A stretch of DNA of 64,000 nt, taken from positions 1,152,001 through 1,216,000 of the forward strand of contig CAVXVB010000009.1 in NCBI GenBank assembly GCA_963765205.1, in the 5' to 3' direction. This DNA is from an uncultured Verrucomicrobiae bacterium. Lineage in GTDB: Bacteria > Verrucomicrobiota > Verrucomicrobiia > Opitutales > JABDGR01. How positions within the stretch are numbered: position 1 is the stretch's first letter; every line of letters begins with the position of its first letter. Below are positions 1 to 10,765 of this stretch, piece by piece. The position numbers and the translations under genes are program-made. The notes under the pieces were generated by a model, which ran no database searches, was not told the origin of the DNA, and saw nothing but the letters and a program-made list of their open reading frames with translations.

Positions 1-1028
1 GGCACCGGATAATAGATGTCCGAGCCGATTTTACGTTCCGACAAATAGGCGACGAGGGCGTCGCGCCGGCCGGGGTCGTGGACGCGCAGGGTGTATTGGT
101 TCCAGATGTGGTCGTTGCCAGGATTAGCGGCGGGCAGCGTGATTTTGGGCGCAGGACTCGCTGGAGCCGTGGTGGCGTGCGCGGGGTGCAGGTGGCAATC
201 CTCCGGGCGGGCGACAGCGATGCCGGGCACCCGCGCGAGCTGCTCAGTATACCACGCGGCGTTGGCCTGGCGGGCCTGGGTGTAGCCGGCATAATGCGGC
301 AGCTTGGCACGCAGCAACGCGGCCTGGAGGGCATCGAGACGGAAATTGCCGCCGATGAAGGGATGATGATACTTGGGCTTCATCCCGTGCAGCCGCAGCA
401 CGGTTGCGCGCTCGGCAAAATCAACGTCGTGGGTGCAGAGCAAACCGGCGTCGCCCAGCGCGCCGAGATTCTTCGACGGGTAAAAACTATACGCGCCGCA
501 AGTGCCAAGCGTGCCGGCCTGGCGGCCCTGATATTTCGCCCCGAAGGATTGCGCGGCGTCTTCGATAACGGCGAGTTTGTGCGCCCGCGCCAGCGCCAGC
601 ACGCCGTCCATATCCGCCGTCTGGCCATAAAGGTGCACGGGAATGATGGCCTTGGTGCGCGCGGTGGCTTTTTTCGCGGCGTCGGCCACGTCAAGGTTGA
701 AGCAAGCCGGGCACACGTCCACAAACACCGGCGTGGCGCCCACGCGCGCGACACACCCGGCGGTGGCAAAGAAAGTGAAATTGGGCACCAACACCTCGTC
801 GCCCGGCCCGATGTTGAGGGCCATGAGGGCGAGCAGCAATGCGTCCGTCCCCGAGGAAACGCCCAGCGCATGGGGCACGCCGAGGAACTGGGCGCACTCG
901 CGCTCGAACGCGGCGTGCTCGGGGCCGAAAATATAATAGCCGGAATACAGCACGCGCTCGAAGGCGGCCTTCAAGTCGGCTTCGAGGGCGAGGTTCTGGC
1001 GTTTCAAATCCAACAGGGGAACAGGCAT
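1..1028 (-). CDS. DegT/DnrJ/EryC1/StrS family PLP-dependent aminotransferase (3' end runs off the window)
   Basis: Manual translation from ATG at 1028: MPVPLLDLKRQN...GVSSGTDALLLALMALNIGPGDEVLVPNFTFFATAGCVARVGATPVFVD...FYPSKNLGALGDAG. Absent from the ORF track because there is no stop inside the window. Confidence 0.9.
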   Translation of the reverse strand, partial: MPVPLLDLKRQNLALEADLKAAFERVLYSGYYIFGPEHAAFERECAQFLGVPHALGVSSGTDALLLALMALNIGPGDEVLVPNFTFFATAGCVARVGATPVFVDVCPACFNLDVADAAKKATARTKAIIPVHLYGQTADMDGVLALARAHKLAVIEDAAQSFGAKYQGRQAGTLGTCGAYSFYPSKNLGALGDAGLLCTHDVDFAERATVLRLHGMKPKYHHPFIGGNFRLDALQAALLRAKLPHYAGYTQARQANAAWYTEQLARVPGIAVARPEDCHLHPAHATTAPASPAPKITLPAANPGNDHIWNQYTLRVHDPGRRDALVAYLSERKIGSDIYYPV

Positions 1029-1304
1029 GGCTTAACGAAGAACATCCGCAGGCTCCGTGGCAAATGGATTTATTACTTGCATGCCGTGGTTCTCGCCGTT
1101 GGGCGACGCAGCCAGTCAGTAAAGATTCGGGCATTTTACGGGTTTGCAGTATAAAAGAAGAACTTTGCGGTCATCAAGGCAACCGCCCCACGAATGGTCG
1201 TCACCTTCTCCAAAACATTGGATAACATCCGGCGAATAAATGCCACTTGCCTTGCTCCCGGAAGCCAGATAGGCACAGCTTCTGCCGCTCATCACCCATT
1301 CCCC

Positions 1305-2135
1305 ATGGCCAATTATTTTTTCCTCGGCGCCGACGGCAAAGAATACGGCCCCGTAAGCGCGGAGCAAATCTGCCAATGGCGGGCCGACAACCGCGCCAAC
1401 GCCCAATCCCAGGTCCGCTCCACTGAGGGTGGCGGTTATGTGCCGCTCGGCACCGTGCCTGAGCTGATTGAGGGCGGAACTTTGCCGCCGACCCCGGCGC
1501 CCACGTCGGCCTACGCGCCCACGCCGGCGTCCGGAGGCGAGCAGGAAACCATCAAATCCCTGACCACGACTTTGGCCTCGTCCAGCGGCTGGATGAAACT
1601 TCTCGCCGTTATGATGTATATTGTGGGCGGTCTTTACGTGCTGAGCATCTGGGGCATCCTCATCGCGTGGGCGCCCATCTGGCTAGGTGTCATCGTGTGG
1701 CGGGCGGCCGTCAAGGCGGACGCCGCGCGCGCCAGCGGCCGCAAGGAGGATTTGAACGGCGCCCTTGATGGCGTGCGCTTTTATTACAAATTGATGGGCA
1801 TTTTGAGCATTGTTGGCCTGGTCTTCATTCCGGTCGTCATCGGCCTGCTGGCGGCGATGGCGATTCCCGCATTCGCCAAAGTTCGCCAGCAGTCCCGCAT
1901 CAAGGTCATCTCGAACAATTTGCGCCAATTCGCCAGCGCCTCCCAAGGGTATATGTTGCAGCATGGCGCCACACAGGCCTCCTACACCGACATCGTCGGC
2001 ACCGGAACGGACAAACTCATTCGCAATCTCGCACCCGTCGTGGACGAAAATTACACGACCCTGCACCTGACGAAGGATGCCACGCAAATCTCGCTCACCA
2101 GCGCCGTCGTCGGCAACGTCACTTACAACCTCTGA
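1305..2135 (+). CDS. Membrane protein: N-terminal GYF_2 (DUF4339)-like domain, DUF5362-like TM region and C-terminal type IV pilin-like domain
   Basis: YFFLGADGKEYGPVSAEQICQW (GYF_2 signature); TM helices; IGLLAAMAIPAFAKVRQQSRIKVISNNLRQFASA pilin-like helix. Confidence 0.7.
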   Translation: MANYFFLGADGKEYGPVSAEQICQWRADNRANAQSQVRSTEGGGYVPLGTVPELIEGGTLPPTPAPTSAYAPTPASGGEQETIKSLTTTLASSSGWMKLLAVMMYIVGGLYVLSIWGILIAWAPIWLGVIVWRAAVKADAARASGRKEDLNGALDGVRFYYKLMGILSIVGLVFIPVVIGLLAAMAIPAFAKVRQQSRIKVISNNLRQFASASQGYMLQHGATQASYTDIVGTGTDKLIRNLAPVVDENYTTLHLTKDATQISLTSAVVGNVTYNL

Positions 2136-2198
2136 CGGGGAGCTGGCGGCAGCCGCCCGCTCTTTGAAACTATAATCAAGAGTCTGCCACCGCCAGAT

Positions 2199-4082
2199 TC
2201 ATGAACTGACTTCCGCCCCGGTCTGGGCGGCGTCCGCCGCCGCTTTGTCTCTGACGTTTTGGAGGCGCTGGCGCTTGAAGCCGGCGATCTTTTCCTTGCG
2301 CGCGGCTTCGGCCTGGGCCTTGACCTCGGCTTCGATGGCGAATTCCTCGCGGATGGCGTCGAGGTCTTCCATGTCCGGCGGCACGTTGGCAATCGCCTCG
2401 GCCATGGTGGAGAGGCCGGCGCGGACTTTTTTCATGCTGTCCTGGTGGAGGGTGGACATGCCGTTGAGCATCGCGACGCGCTTGAGCAGGGCGGTCTCGG
2501 ATTCCTTGTTGATGGCCTCGATGAGGCCTTCGCTGGTGGCCATCAATTCGTGGATGCCGACGCGGCCTTTGTAGCCGCTGCGCCCGCAGGCCGGGCAGCC
2601 TTCGGGATTGGCGCGGAAAATCGGCCCCTGCCACTGCAGCGCTTTTTGCAAAATCTCCGCCTCGCGGCCCGTGGGTTCATACGATTGCTTGCAGGCCTTG
2701 CATACCCGGCGCATCAGGCGTTGCGCGCACACGCACACGATGGCCGCCGAGACCATGAACGGCTCGACTTTCATTTCCGTGAGGCGCGCCACCGTCGAGG
2801 GCGCGTCGTTGGTGTGCAGGGTCGAAAAAAGCATGTGGCCGGTGAGGGCGGCCTCGACGGCAATGCCGGCGGTTTCGTGGTCGCGAATTTCGCCGACGAG
2901 GATGATGTCCGGGTCCTGGCGCAAAAACGCGCGCAGCGCGGCGGCGAAGGTCAGGCCGATTTTGCGGTGCATTTGCATCTGGCAGATGCCGGGCAGCGTA
3001 TATTCAATCGGGTCCTCGGCCGTGCGGATGACGATGTCCGGCGCGTTGATTTCATTGAGCGCGGAATAGAGCGTCATGGACTTGCCCGAGCCAGTTGGCC
3101 CGCAATGGAGCACCATGCCGAAGGGCCGCTGGATGAGACCGCGGTAAAGCGCGAGGTTTTCCGGCTCGAAGCCCAGCGCCGGCAGCGGCAGCGTGGACTT
3201 CTGCTTGTCGAGGATGCGCATGACTACGCCTTCGCCATAGTTGAGCGGCGCGGTCGAGACACGCAGGTCAATGTCGAGATTCTTGCGGGTGAATTGCTTG
3301 AAGACGATGCGGCCATCCTGCGGCAGGCGCTTTTCCGCGATGTCCAGGTTGGCCATGACCTTGAGCCGCGCGATGAGTGCGCCGGAAACCTTGGCGGGAA
3401 CAGTGAGTTTTTCGTGGCAGTTGCCGTCAATGCGCACGCGCACGCGCGTGGTTTTCTCGGACGGCTCAATGTGGATGTCGCTGCCGCCGGAATAAAAGGC
3501 GTCCTCGATGATGCGGTTGACCAACGTGATGACCGGGGCGGACTCCTCGTCCTCGAGCGCACCCTCGCTGATCTCGGCCTCGTCGAATTCCGACTCCATG
3601 CCGAGCGCCTGGAACACGTCGCCAAAGCCGACGGAGGTGGCCTGCTCCTTTTTGTCTTCGAGCAATTCGAGCAGCTCCGCCTCGGGCGCGAGCAGGAGGG
3701 AAACTTTCTGCTTCGTGATTTCGGCGATTTTGCGCGTGACCTGGAGGTTGAAGGGGTTGGCCAGCGCGACGATGATGAACGGGCCGGCCGAGCCAACGGG
3801 CAGTACTTTGTGCTCGCGGCAGAAATCGCGGTCCAGTTTTTGGAAGGTCAGTTCGTCCACCTGAAAATTACGCACGGGAAACGGGCTGAGGCCGAAGGCG
3901 CGGCTGCGGGCCGTCAGCAGCGCAAAATCGGAAACCTTGAATTCGGACTGGAGCAATTTGCCGAGGCTCTCGCCGGAAATGTCCTCCTGGGAATCGAGCA
4001 ACGCGGCGGCCTGCGTCTCGGTCAATTTACCGAGAGTCTTGAGGCCGGTCACGACGGCCGCCTGGATGCGGGCGAGGGGCAT
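2199..4082 (-). CDS. pilB: GspE/PilB family type II secretion / type IV pilus assembly ATPase
   Basis: Walker [38 protein letters not shown], CxxC...CxxC zinc motif, [10 protein letters not shown]. Confidence 0.92.
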   Translation of the reverse strand: MPLARIQAAVVTGLKTLGKLTETQAAALLDSQEDISGESLGKLLQSEFKVSDFALLTARSRAFGLSPFPVRNFQVDELTFQKLDRDFCREHKVLPVGSAGPFIIVALANPFNLQVTRKIAEITKQKVSLLLAPEAELLELLEDKKEQATSVGFGDVFQALGMESEFDEAEISEGALEDEESAPVITLVNRIIEDAFYSGGSDIHIEPSEKTTRVRVRIDGNCHEKLTVPAKVSGALIARLKVMANLDIAEKRLPQDGRIVFKQFTRKNLDIDLRVSTAPLNYGEGVVMRILDKQKSTLPLPALGFEPENLALYRGLIQRPFGMVLHCGPTGSGKSMTLYSALNEINAPDIVIRTAEDPIEYTLPGICQMQMHRKIGLTFAAALRAFLRQDPDIILVGEIRDHETAGIAVEAALTGHMLFSTLHTNDAPSTVARLTEMKVEPFMVSAAIVCVCAQRLMRRVCKACKQSYEPTGREAEILQKALQWQGPIFRANPEGCPACGRSGYKGRVGIHELMATSEGLIEAINKESETALLKRVAMLNGMSTLHQDSMKKVRAGLSTMAEAIANVPPDMEDLDAIREEFAIEAEVKAQAEAARKEKIAGFKRQRLQNVRDKAAADAAQTGAEVSS

Positions 4083-4344
4083 GGGGAGGGGGGGAGAATT
4101 AGAAATGCTGAGTGCTGATTGCTGAATTCTGAAGGAAGACCGCGCCCTGCGCAAGGATGAGTAGCATGGGGGTTTGGGGGGCCGTTGTGAAACTATCTTT
4201 CACCGCTGAGGCGCAAAGAACACCAGGAATAAATTCTGCCCATTCTGTCAATTCGGACAAAAAAGCTCCTTTGCGTTCTTTGCGTCTTGGCGGTGCCTTG
4301 GCTTGGGCTTTAAACACAACCCGCCATCTGACTTTCGACTGACC

Positions 4345-5676
4345 TCACCGGCCCGGCACCAATTCCGGATACAACAACCCCAATTCGTCGAGCTTGCCGG
4401 AGGCGGGCAGCCGGGCGGGGTCGAGCTTGAGGCTTTGCAACACGTTCGCGGTTTCGGCACCAAGGCGGCGGGCGGCATCTTCGATAAATTCACGCTGGCG
4501 GTGCAGCAAATACGCGCCGAGGCCGGCGGGCGCGGGGGCGTCATAGCCGAGGATTTGGGCGGCCTGCAGCGCAGACAGGGGTTCGTCGCGCTCGGTGGCG
4601 GCAATGCGGCGCGCCACGTCCACCACTTCGGTGTAATTGCCGGGCCACGAATGGCCGAGCAGCACGGCGACGGCGGCGGGGGAGAGGCGGGCGCGCATCG
4701 GGTTTTCCTCGCGGCCGGCAAAGATGGCGAGGTGCTGTTTCAGGTAGGTGGCGAGGTCGGTCAGCCGATCGCGCAACGGGGGCAGGACGACAAGGTGCTT
4801 TTTGACGAGGTTGAAAATCTCGGGGCTGGTCTCAGGCAGCAGTTGCGGGTAGCGCGTGATGTCGAGAAAGAAGACCCAGGACACTTCGCGCCCGGCGGGC
4901 AGAAACTTCGGGTCCGCCGCCAGCAATTTTTGCAGCAGGTCCACCTGGCTGCGCGTGGCTTCGCCAAAATCCGTGACCGCCACGAGTTTGCTGACCTGGC
5001 TCTGGCCGGGCAGCTCGCGGATGGTTTGCAGGACTTCGAGCGATTCGATCTGCCCGATGGAAAATTGATGAATGGGCAGGTTGGCAAAGCCAAACCAGTC
5101 GGAAAGCTCGCAGGTGATCAGTTCGAGTTCCGCGCCGGGCGGCGCGCCGACAAAGAGATAGCGGTCCATGCGCGTCGCGTCCCACAATTGTTTGGCAAAG
5201 CGTTGCGAGGCGTCCGTGCCGTCGGCCAGATGTTTGAGCGGGGGATGGGTGGACGGAGCGCTCTCGGCGGCCTGGTCGAGCGCGGCTTGGGCATGGGAGC
5301 GTTCCTCGTCGCTCATGGGTTGTACGAAACGGCGGACGTGGTTGATGAAAACCTTGATGTCGAGCGGTTTTTCCAGCACGAGAGTTACGTCCATGTTGGC
5401 GACTTTGACCAACTCGGGCGTGTTCATCAGACCGGAGACCATGATGATGGGGAGGTTGGGCAGGCGCGAGCGGGCGCGTTCCATGAAGTCCGCGCCGTCC
5501 ATGACCGGCATTTTATAATCGGCCACCACGAGGCCATATTCCTCGGAGTCGAGGGCCTTCAGCGCGTCGAGGGGGCGCGTCACCATTTCAGCGCAAAAGC
5601 CCTCCTGCACGAGCAGGTCGCGCAGCATTTCGGCGTAATTTTGTTCGTCGTCGAGGACCAGGATTTTTCCAGACAT
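4345..5676 (-). CDS. Response regulator with degenerate sigma54-activator (NtrC/PilR-like) domain
   Basis: REC domain (ILVLDDE, DYKMPVMDG, KP). LPPLRDR and WPGN motifs are retained; no GAFTGA or canonical Walker A. Confidence 0.8.
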   Translation of the reverse strand: MSGKILVLDDEQNYAEMLRDLLVQEGFCAEMVTRPLDALKALDSEEYGLVVADYKMPVMDGADFMERARSRLPNLPIIMVSGLMNTPELVKVANMDVTLVLEKPLDIKVFINHVRRFVQPMSDEERSHAQAALDQAAESAPSTHPPLKHLADGTDASQRFAKQLWDATRMDRYLFVGAPPGAELELITCELSDWFGFANLPIHQFSIGQIESLEVLQTIRELPGQSQVSKLVAVTDFGEATRSQVDLLQKLLAADPKFLPAGREVSWVFFLDITRYPQLLPETSPEIFNLVKKHLVVLPPLRDRLTDLATYLKQHLAIFAGREENPMRARLSPAAVAVLLGHSWPGNYTEVVDVARRIAATERDEPLSALQAAQILGYDAPAPAGLGAYLLHRQREFIEDAARRLGAETANVLQSLKLDPARLPASGKLDELGLLYPELVPGR

Positions 5677-5859
5677 GGAGGGTCTTTTTTATACGGGAGT
5701 TTGAATTCTACTCAGAGAAGCGGCGGCAAAGCAACTCTGTCCCGCAAAATCTTTCACCCACCAGAACACAGGGGAAGGCCCGGTGAGTTTGAGCAACTTC
5801 GTTAAAAAATTGTAATCCGCTTGCCTTGGGCACGGTCGGCGCGGCAATCTTCCGGCATC

Positions 5860-7068
5860 ATGTTTGACGCCGCGCGCTGTGGGCTGTTGCTGGCCGGATT
5901 GCTGCTGGCCGGTTGCGCCACGCCCGCCCCGCCGAGCACCGGCGTGGCCCGGCTTGCTCCTTTCCAAGGCGCGCTCACCCCCGACGAATGGCGCGCGGCG
6001 CTAAACGGGCGCTTTGCCCCCAACGGCGCCGCCCAGAACTATCTTGAAATCACTCCCGACGGCCACGCTCTCGCCGTGCGGATGGATGCGGATAAATCAC
6101 CGTCATTCTTTTATTTGCAGACGCGCGCGCCGGACGCCCCCCGCCCCACCCCGCCGTCCGGCGCGCGCTATTGGCGCCCGCTCAGTGAATTGGGACCGGC
6201 GACACCCGACCACCCGCTGGCCGGCTTGCGCGTGGCGCTCGACCCGGGCCATCTGGGCGGAGCGTGGGGCCCGATGGAAGCGCGCTCGTTCAGTTTTAAC
6301 GGCGACCCGCCCGTGCAGGAAGGCGACCTCGCCCTGCGCGTGGCCCAATTGCTCAAGCCGCGCCTGGAAGCCCTCGGCGCGCAAGTGACCATGGTGCGCG
6401 ACCGCCCCGGCCCGCTCACCGGCGAGAAAATCGAGGATGTCCACCCCGCCAACTGGGCCGCCATGGAGGCCTTCCTCAACCGCGAAATCCACGCGCGCGC
6501 CCAGCGCGTCAACGAAGTCCTCCAACCCGACCTCGTGATCTGCCTGCATCTGGACGCCGTGGACTGGCCTGATCCGCAACACCCCGCCCTGGTGGACCGG
6601 CCGCAGCATTTTCATATCATGGTCAACGGCTCCTATGAACCCGCCGAGGTGGCTAATGAAGAACAGCGGCTCGCCATGGTCGAGCGCATCGCCAGCGGCG
6701 CGGGCGACGAGGAATTGGCCGTGGCCCGCGCGATGGCCGCGGGCGCCGTCCCCATTTTCGGGCAGCCCGCCTCGGGTTATTCTAGCCCCGTCGGCATCGC
6801 GCTCGGCGGCAGCGGCTACGTCTGGGGCCGCAATGTGCTGGCCGACCGGCTCTACCGCTGCCCGGTGATTTTCCTTGAACCCTATGTCGCCAACAGCCTC
6901 GAAGGCTACGCGCGTATCCAGGCCGGTGAATACGCCGGCACGCGGGTCTTCAACGGCGTGGCGCGCAAAAACATCTTCGTGGAATACGGCGACGCCGTCG
7001 TCGCGGGCCTGGTCAAGTATTACGGGGAACGTCCGCCCGGTGCCAGCCCGGCGGCCGGCCATGGATAG
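5860..7068 (+). CDS. N-acetylmuramoyl-L-alanine amidase (Amidase_3-like) lipoprotein
   Basis: Lipobox LAGC; VALDPGHLGG, EGDLALRVA, ICLHLDA, IFLEP zinc-amidase motifs. Confidence 0.75.
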   Translation: MFDAARCGLLLAGLLLAGCATPAPPSTGVARLAPFQGALTPDEWRAALNGRFAPNGAAQNYLEITPDGHALAVRMDADKSPSFFYLQTRAPDAPRPTPPSGARYWRPLSELGPATPDHPLAGLRVALDPGHLGGAWGPMEARSFSFNGDPPVQEGDLALRVAQLLKPRLEALGAQVTMVRDRPGPLTGEKIEDVHPANWAAMEAFLNREIHARAQRVNEVLQPDLVICLHLDAVDWPDPQHPALVDRPQHFHIMVNGSYEPAEVANEEQRLAMVERIASGAGDEELAVARAMAAGAVPIFGQPASGYSSPVGIALGGSGYVWGRNVLADRLYRCPVIFLEPYVANSLEGYARIQAGEYAGTRVFNGVARKNIFVEYGDAVVAGLVKYYGERPPGASPAAGHG

Positions 7069-7108
7069 ACTCTTGACTTTAGCCGCCTGAGTGTGTGTTT
7101 TTCCCGGG

Positions 7109-7561
7109 ATGAATATGCGCACCGCGTTTCGCCCTGCCCTGCTTTTGCTCACCCTCGCCCTCGCCGGCTGCTCGACCGAAATTGCGGTCAGCCCGCAGGG
7201 CAGCAATATCGCCACGTTCAAAAAGGACGTTTTCACCGGCGGCCTGACCATGACCGGCGACGTCAAGGGCAGCATCCCGGACGCCTTCCAGGCCGGCATC
7301 CGCTCGCTCGGCGACCTCAACTATTTCCACACCGGTGACTCCACCGACAAAACGATTGTTTACGGACGCGGCGTGCTCGACGTGTATGTGGAAATCGACC
7401 TCTCGCCGTCGAAGGACGCCGGCATGACCACCGTCGCCGTTTACGTCAGCCCCGGTAAACTGCCCGACGCCCAAGCCATTTTCGCCAGCATCGTCAATGA
7501 ATTGAACACGCCCGCCCCGTCGCCCGCAGCCAATGGTCGCAGCCGCCGTGGGGGCGGTTGA
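7109..7561 (+). CDS. Hypothetical lipoprotein (possibly DUF3568-like)
   Basis: Signal peptide with LAGC lipobox; GC3-rich codon pattern. Confidence 0.6.
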   Translation: MNMRTAFRPALLLLTLALAGCSTEIAVSPQGSNIATFKKDVFTGGLTMTGDVKGSIPDAFQAGIRSLGDLNYFHTGDSTDKTIVYGRGVLDVYVEIDLSPSKDAGMTTVAVYVSPGKLPDAQAIFASIVNELNTPAPSPAANGRSRRGGG

Positions 7562-8241
7562 TTGTTCGAGGGACCCGGTCGGTAACTGCTTACCCACCAC
7601 CGCTTCGCGCATCGGGCGGGTGGCGACCGGGGGTAAGCTCGGGAACAGGCGCACCAAGCGAGGAGTCATCTGCGAGAATCTGCGCAATCTGCGGTTCCTT
7701 CCTCTTTCCAGCCCGAAACTCGAAACCCGAAACACTGCGTGGGATTTAACCCCCCACCCCCATGCCCCGGCAACCCCAAAAACGCGAATCTTCTTCAGTT
7801 ATAAAGCCCCAAGTTGCCACCCCCAGTCATCAATCCATTCTTTATCGCGACACACTCTCCCAGTCGGCATTCCCTGCCTGCTACCCGGCATTTTATGTCG
7901 AGAGAAAAAACAATTCGAGGGCGGGTTTATTCCTTAAGATATTTTCTGCCAAGGCGTTGGCAGTTTCCCCGAATTCCTGGCATGGGAAATGATGACTACA
8001 CAGCCACATGAATAAATTACCCGCAATTTTCAAGCCCGTTCGCGCTATTCTTGGGCTTGGTGGCGCTTTGTTTTAACGTGGGCACCGGCGCTGCGGCAGT
8101 TTTGCCAAATTTTGCATTCCGACGAGGGCATGTCACTTATAACTCAAAAAATAATAAATTTTGTAGCAAGAATATCAGTAATTCAGCACTCCATTCCACC
8201 CTTGCTGCCTTCCAACATTCTGCCAGAATTCCAACCGATCC

Positions 8242-9180
8242 ATGAACACCCCGGCAACAAAGCCCTTGGCAAATCGCCTCCCATCCTTTTGGGGGCTGGT
8301 GTCGCTCGGTCTCCCGATTAGCTATCTTGTTCTTGGGTATCTAGTTTGCTGTTTTGCGAAAAATAGCGATAACCCCGACATTAGTTCACTGTCTTTCATC
8401 ATTTTTATGTTTGCCCTAATGGGGGGCGGCCTCGTGGGACTTTTCGGAGCTGCGGCCGCGATTCGCGCGATTATGAAAAAGGAGAAATGGATTGCAATGC
8501 CTCTCGTTGGCCTGCTGCCGAACCTGGCATGGATCACCATTGGCTGTTGTGTTGGCTACTCGATATTGCCCAAGATTAGGCTAACGGAGGCAGCCCCGGA
8601 ACAGTTGGCGCCAACGCCGATGCTGGCTAAGGTTGATGCCGCACCCAAGGAGATAGCGCCGTCAATCATCGCCCAACCCATCGCTTCTCCCGCGCCGAAA
8701 CCCGACGCTGCGCCCGTCGCCGAAAGTCAACCCAAAGCCGACCCGCAGACCGACTTGAAAACCGTCATCCCGGACCTCGTGCGTTTAGTGCGGGCGGGCG
8801 ATAATCTGCGGATGGTGCAAACATACACACCGCCCGAAATTTGGGCCAAAATTGGCCCCGAGTATACCCAGCAATTTCAAAAAATAGTACAACCAAAGCT
8901 GGACGCGGCGAACCGAGATCCCGAAATGGAACGGCGATGGCGCATGATTAGCGAACCCGCAGCCGGATCTTATGAGGCCCTTGAAAAGCAGACCCCGACT
9001 TTTAATGCCAACGGCGACGAAGCCACTTACATCTTCACACTGCCGGAGGCGACCGATTTGGTCAATGGCACCTACACAGGCACGAGCACCGGCCCCAAGA
9101 TCCCCTTGGTCTTTGTTAAAATCAACGGTAAATGGTATTTTAAACAGCCCCCGGAAATTCCACAAGAGAGGCCTATGTAA
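8242..9180 (+). CDS. Hypothetical membrane protein (3 TM helices, Pro/Ala linker, exported domain)
   Basis: 312-aa ORF with a hydrophobic N-terminus; C-terminal FVKINGKWY. Confidence 0.6.
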   Translation: MNTPATKPLANRLPSFWGLVSLGLPISYLVLGYLVCCFAKNSDNPDISSLSFIIFMFALMGGGLVGLFGAAAAIRAIMKKEKWIAMPLVGLLPNLAWITIGCCVGYSILPKIRLTEAAPEQLAPTPMLAKVDAAPKEIAPSIIAQPIASPAPKPDAAPVAESQPKADPQTDLKTVIPDLVRLVRAGDNLRMVQTYTPPEIWAKIGPEYTQQFQKIVQPKLDAANRDPEMERRWRMISEPAAGSYEALEKQTPTFNANGDEATYIFTLPEATDLVNGTYTGTSTGPKIPLVFVKINGKWYFKQPPEIPQERPM

Positions 9181-9725
9181 TGCCCGTGATTTTTCAAATG
9201 AGCATGGTGGAAAACAAACTCAATTTTAAGGCCAGCTTTCTTTATTTGAAGCTGATCATTATTAAGTGTTCAATACTCGGTGGCGTAATGTTGTTTCCTT
9301 TGTTGCTCATAGGCTGCGTGCCAATACCGCAGCATGAAATGATAACCTCGACTGGTGGAGCAATAAGGATTCTTCCCAGTTATAGCGACGCGATAGTCGA
9401 TGTGCTCACAAATACGTCAGATCCGAGCCAGAAGCCAAACATCGACGTGGATCGTTCGTATGCGGTTTCACCTTCGGGTAAGCGGTATAGCTTCGGAGTT
9501 CAAAATAGTGAATTTTTTGATAACATGAATAAAAGCAGTCCTACACCTTGGATGCGAAAGCTGCTTTCTTTCCATGGTTCTTCTCGAAAAAATGACGATG
9601 GAAACGCGACTGGTAATTGGGAATTAAATCTTTACTTCACCGGCCCAACGTCTCTGCCACCCATTCATGCCGAATATCGCATGTGGACATTTTGGTGGTT
9701 CCCGCTTTTTGAGCGCCCGTTCTAA
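9180..9725 (+). CDS. Hypothetical lipoprotein (AT-rich)
   Basis: ORF abuts the upstream gene (TAATG overlap); LLIGC lipobox-like motif suggests the true start may be further downstream. Confidence 0.45.
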   Translation: MPVIFQMSMVENKLNFKASFLYLKLIIIKCSILGGVMLFPLLLIGCVPIPQHEMITSTGGAIRILPSYSDAIVDVLTNTSDPSQKPNIDVDRSYAVSPSGKRYSFGVQNSEFFDNMNKSSPTPWMRKLLSFHGSSRKNDDGNATGNWELNLYFTGPTSLPPIHAEYRMWTFWWFPLFERPF

Positions 9726-9868
9726 GGCCCAGCAGGGGCCAAGCAGAAGGTTGCGCGCGGATATTAATCCCTTTGTCGCCTCAGCCCCCTCAGTCGCCAA
9801 CGCCTTCCGCAAACCGGCGTGTTCCTTTCCGTTTGACAGCCACCCACTTCTGCCCTAACGTTCGGGAT

Positions 9869-10756
9869 ATGAAGGTTATCCGTGCCAAGAGCGCCGGCTT
9901 TTGCTGGGGCGTCGAGCGTGCCATTGACATCGCGCGCGAGTTCGCCGTCAAGTCCCACCGCCAGGTTTACACCGACGGGCCGCTCATCCACAACCGCCAG
10001 ATGATGGAAAAGCTGCTGGCCGACGGCATCAACGAGGTCGGCGACTACCAAAGCCAGTCCGACATCGCCATCGCGGAGGATAAAAAGAAAAGCGCCGTGA
10101 TGGTCGTGCGCGCCCACGGCATTTCGCCCGAGCGCCGGGGCTATTTGAAAAACCTCGGCATGGAATTCAAGGATGCCACCTGCCCGGACGTGGGCATCAT
10201 CGCCGGCAAAATCCGCATCCACGCGAAAAAAGGCTACACCACCGTCATTTTCGGCGACCCGAAACACCCCGAGGTCATCGGCCTCATGGGCTACACCGAA
10301 GGCAGCGGCCACGTCATCAACAACCAGGCCGACATTGACGCGCTGCCCCCGCTCGGCGACAAAGTGTGCATGGTCACGCAGTCCACCATGTATACCGACG
10401 AATTTGAACGGCTCTCCCGCTACCTGAAATCAAAATATCCCGCCGCGCTGGTGTTCGACACGATTTGCGGCGCGACCAAGGAACGGCAGAGCGACGTGCT
10501 GGTGCTCGCGCAGGAAGGCGCGCAGGCCATCGTCGTCATCGGCGGCCGCCACTCGGCCAACACCGTCAAGCTCGCGGCCCTCGTCGAAAAACAAGGCCTG
10601 CCCTGCTTCCACGTCGAGACCGCCGCCGAGCTGGACCTCGAACAATTGCGCAAATACTCCGTCGTCGGCGTCACCGCCGGTGCCTCGACCCCCGGCTTCC
10701 TCATTGACGAAGTCTGCCAGCAACTCGAGGAACTCGGCGCCGCCGTCCCGGCGTGA
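9869..10756 (+). CDS. ispH: 4-hydroxy-3-methylbut-2-enyl diphosphate reductase
   Basis: AGFCWGVERA, GPLIHN, DATCP, DTICGATKERQ, GVTAGASTP. Confidence 0.95.
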   Translation: MKVIRAKSAGFCWGVERAIDIAREFAVKSHRQVYTDGPLIHNRQMMEKLLADGINEVGDYQSQSDIAIAEDKKKSAVMVVRAHGISPERRGYLKNLGMEFKDATCPDVGIIAGKIRIHAKKGYTTVIFGDPKHPEVIGLMGYTEGSGHVINNQADIDALPPLGDKVCMVTQSTMYTDEFERLSRYLKSKYPAALVFDTICGATKERQSDVLVLAQEGAQAIVVIGGRHSANTVKLAALVEKQGLPCFHVETAAELDLEQLRKYSVVGVTAGASTPGFLIDEVCQQLEELGAAVPA

Positions 10757-10765
10757 GGGGGGTTA

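Noticed and set aside
78..1154. 358-aa + strand ORF
   Set aside because: Antisense shadow of the DegT-family aminotransferase.
2259..5805. Long + strand ORFs (619 aa and 500 aa)
   Set aside because: Antisense shadows of pilB and the response regulator, typical of high-GC DNA.
7570..7650. GC-rich hairpin as a known ncRNA (SRP or riboswitch)
   Set aside because: A stem is plausible, but no diagnostic motif could be recognised.
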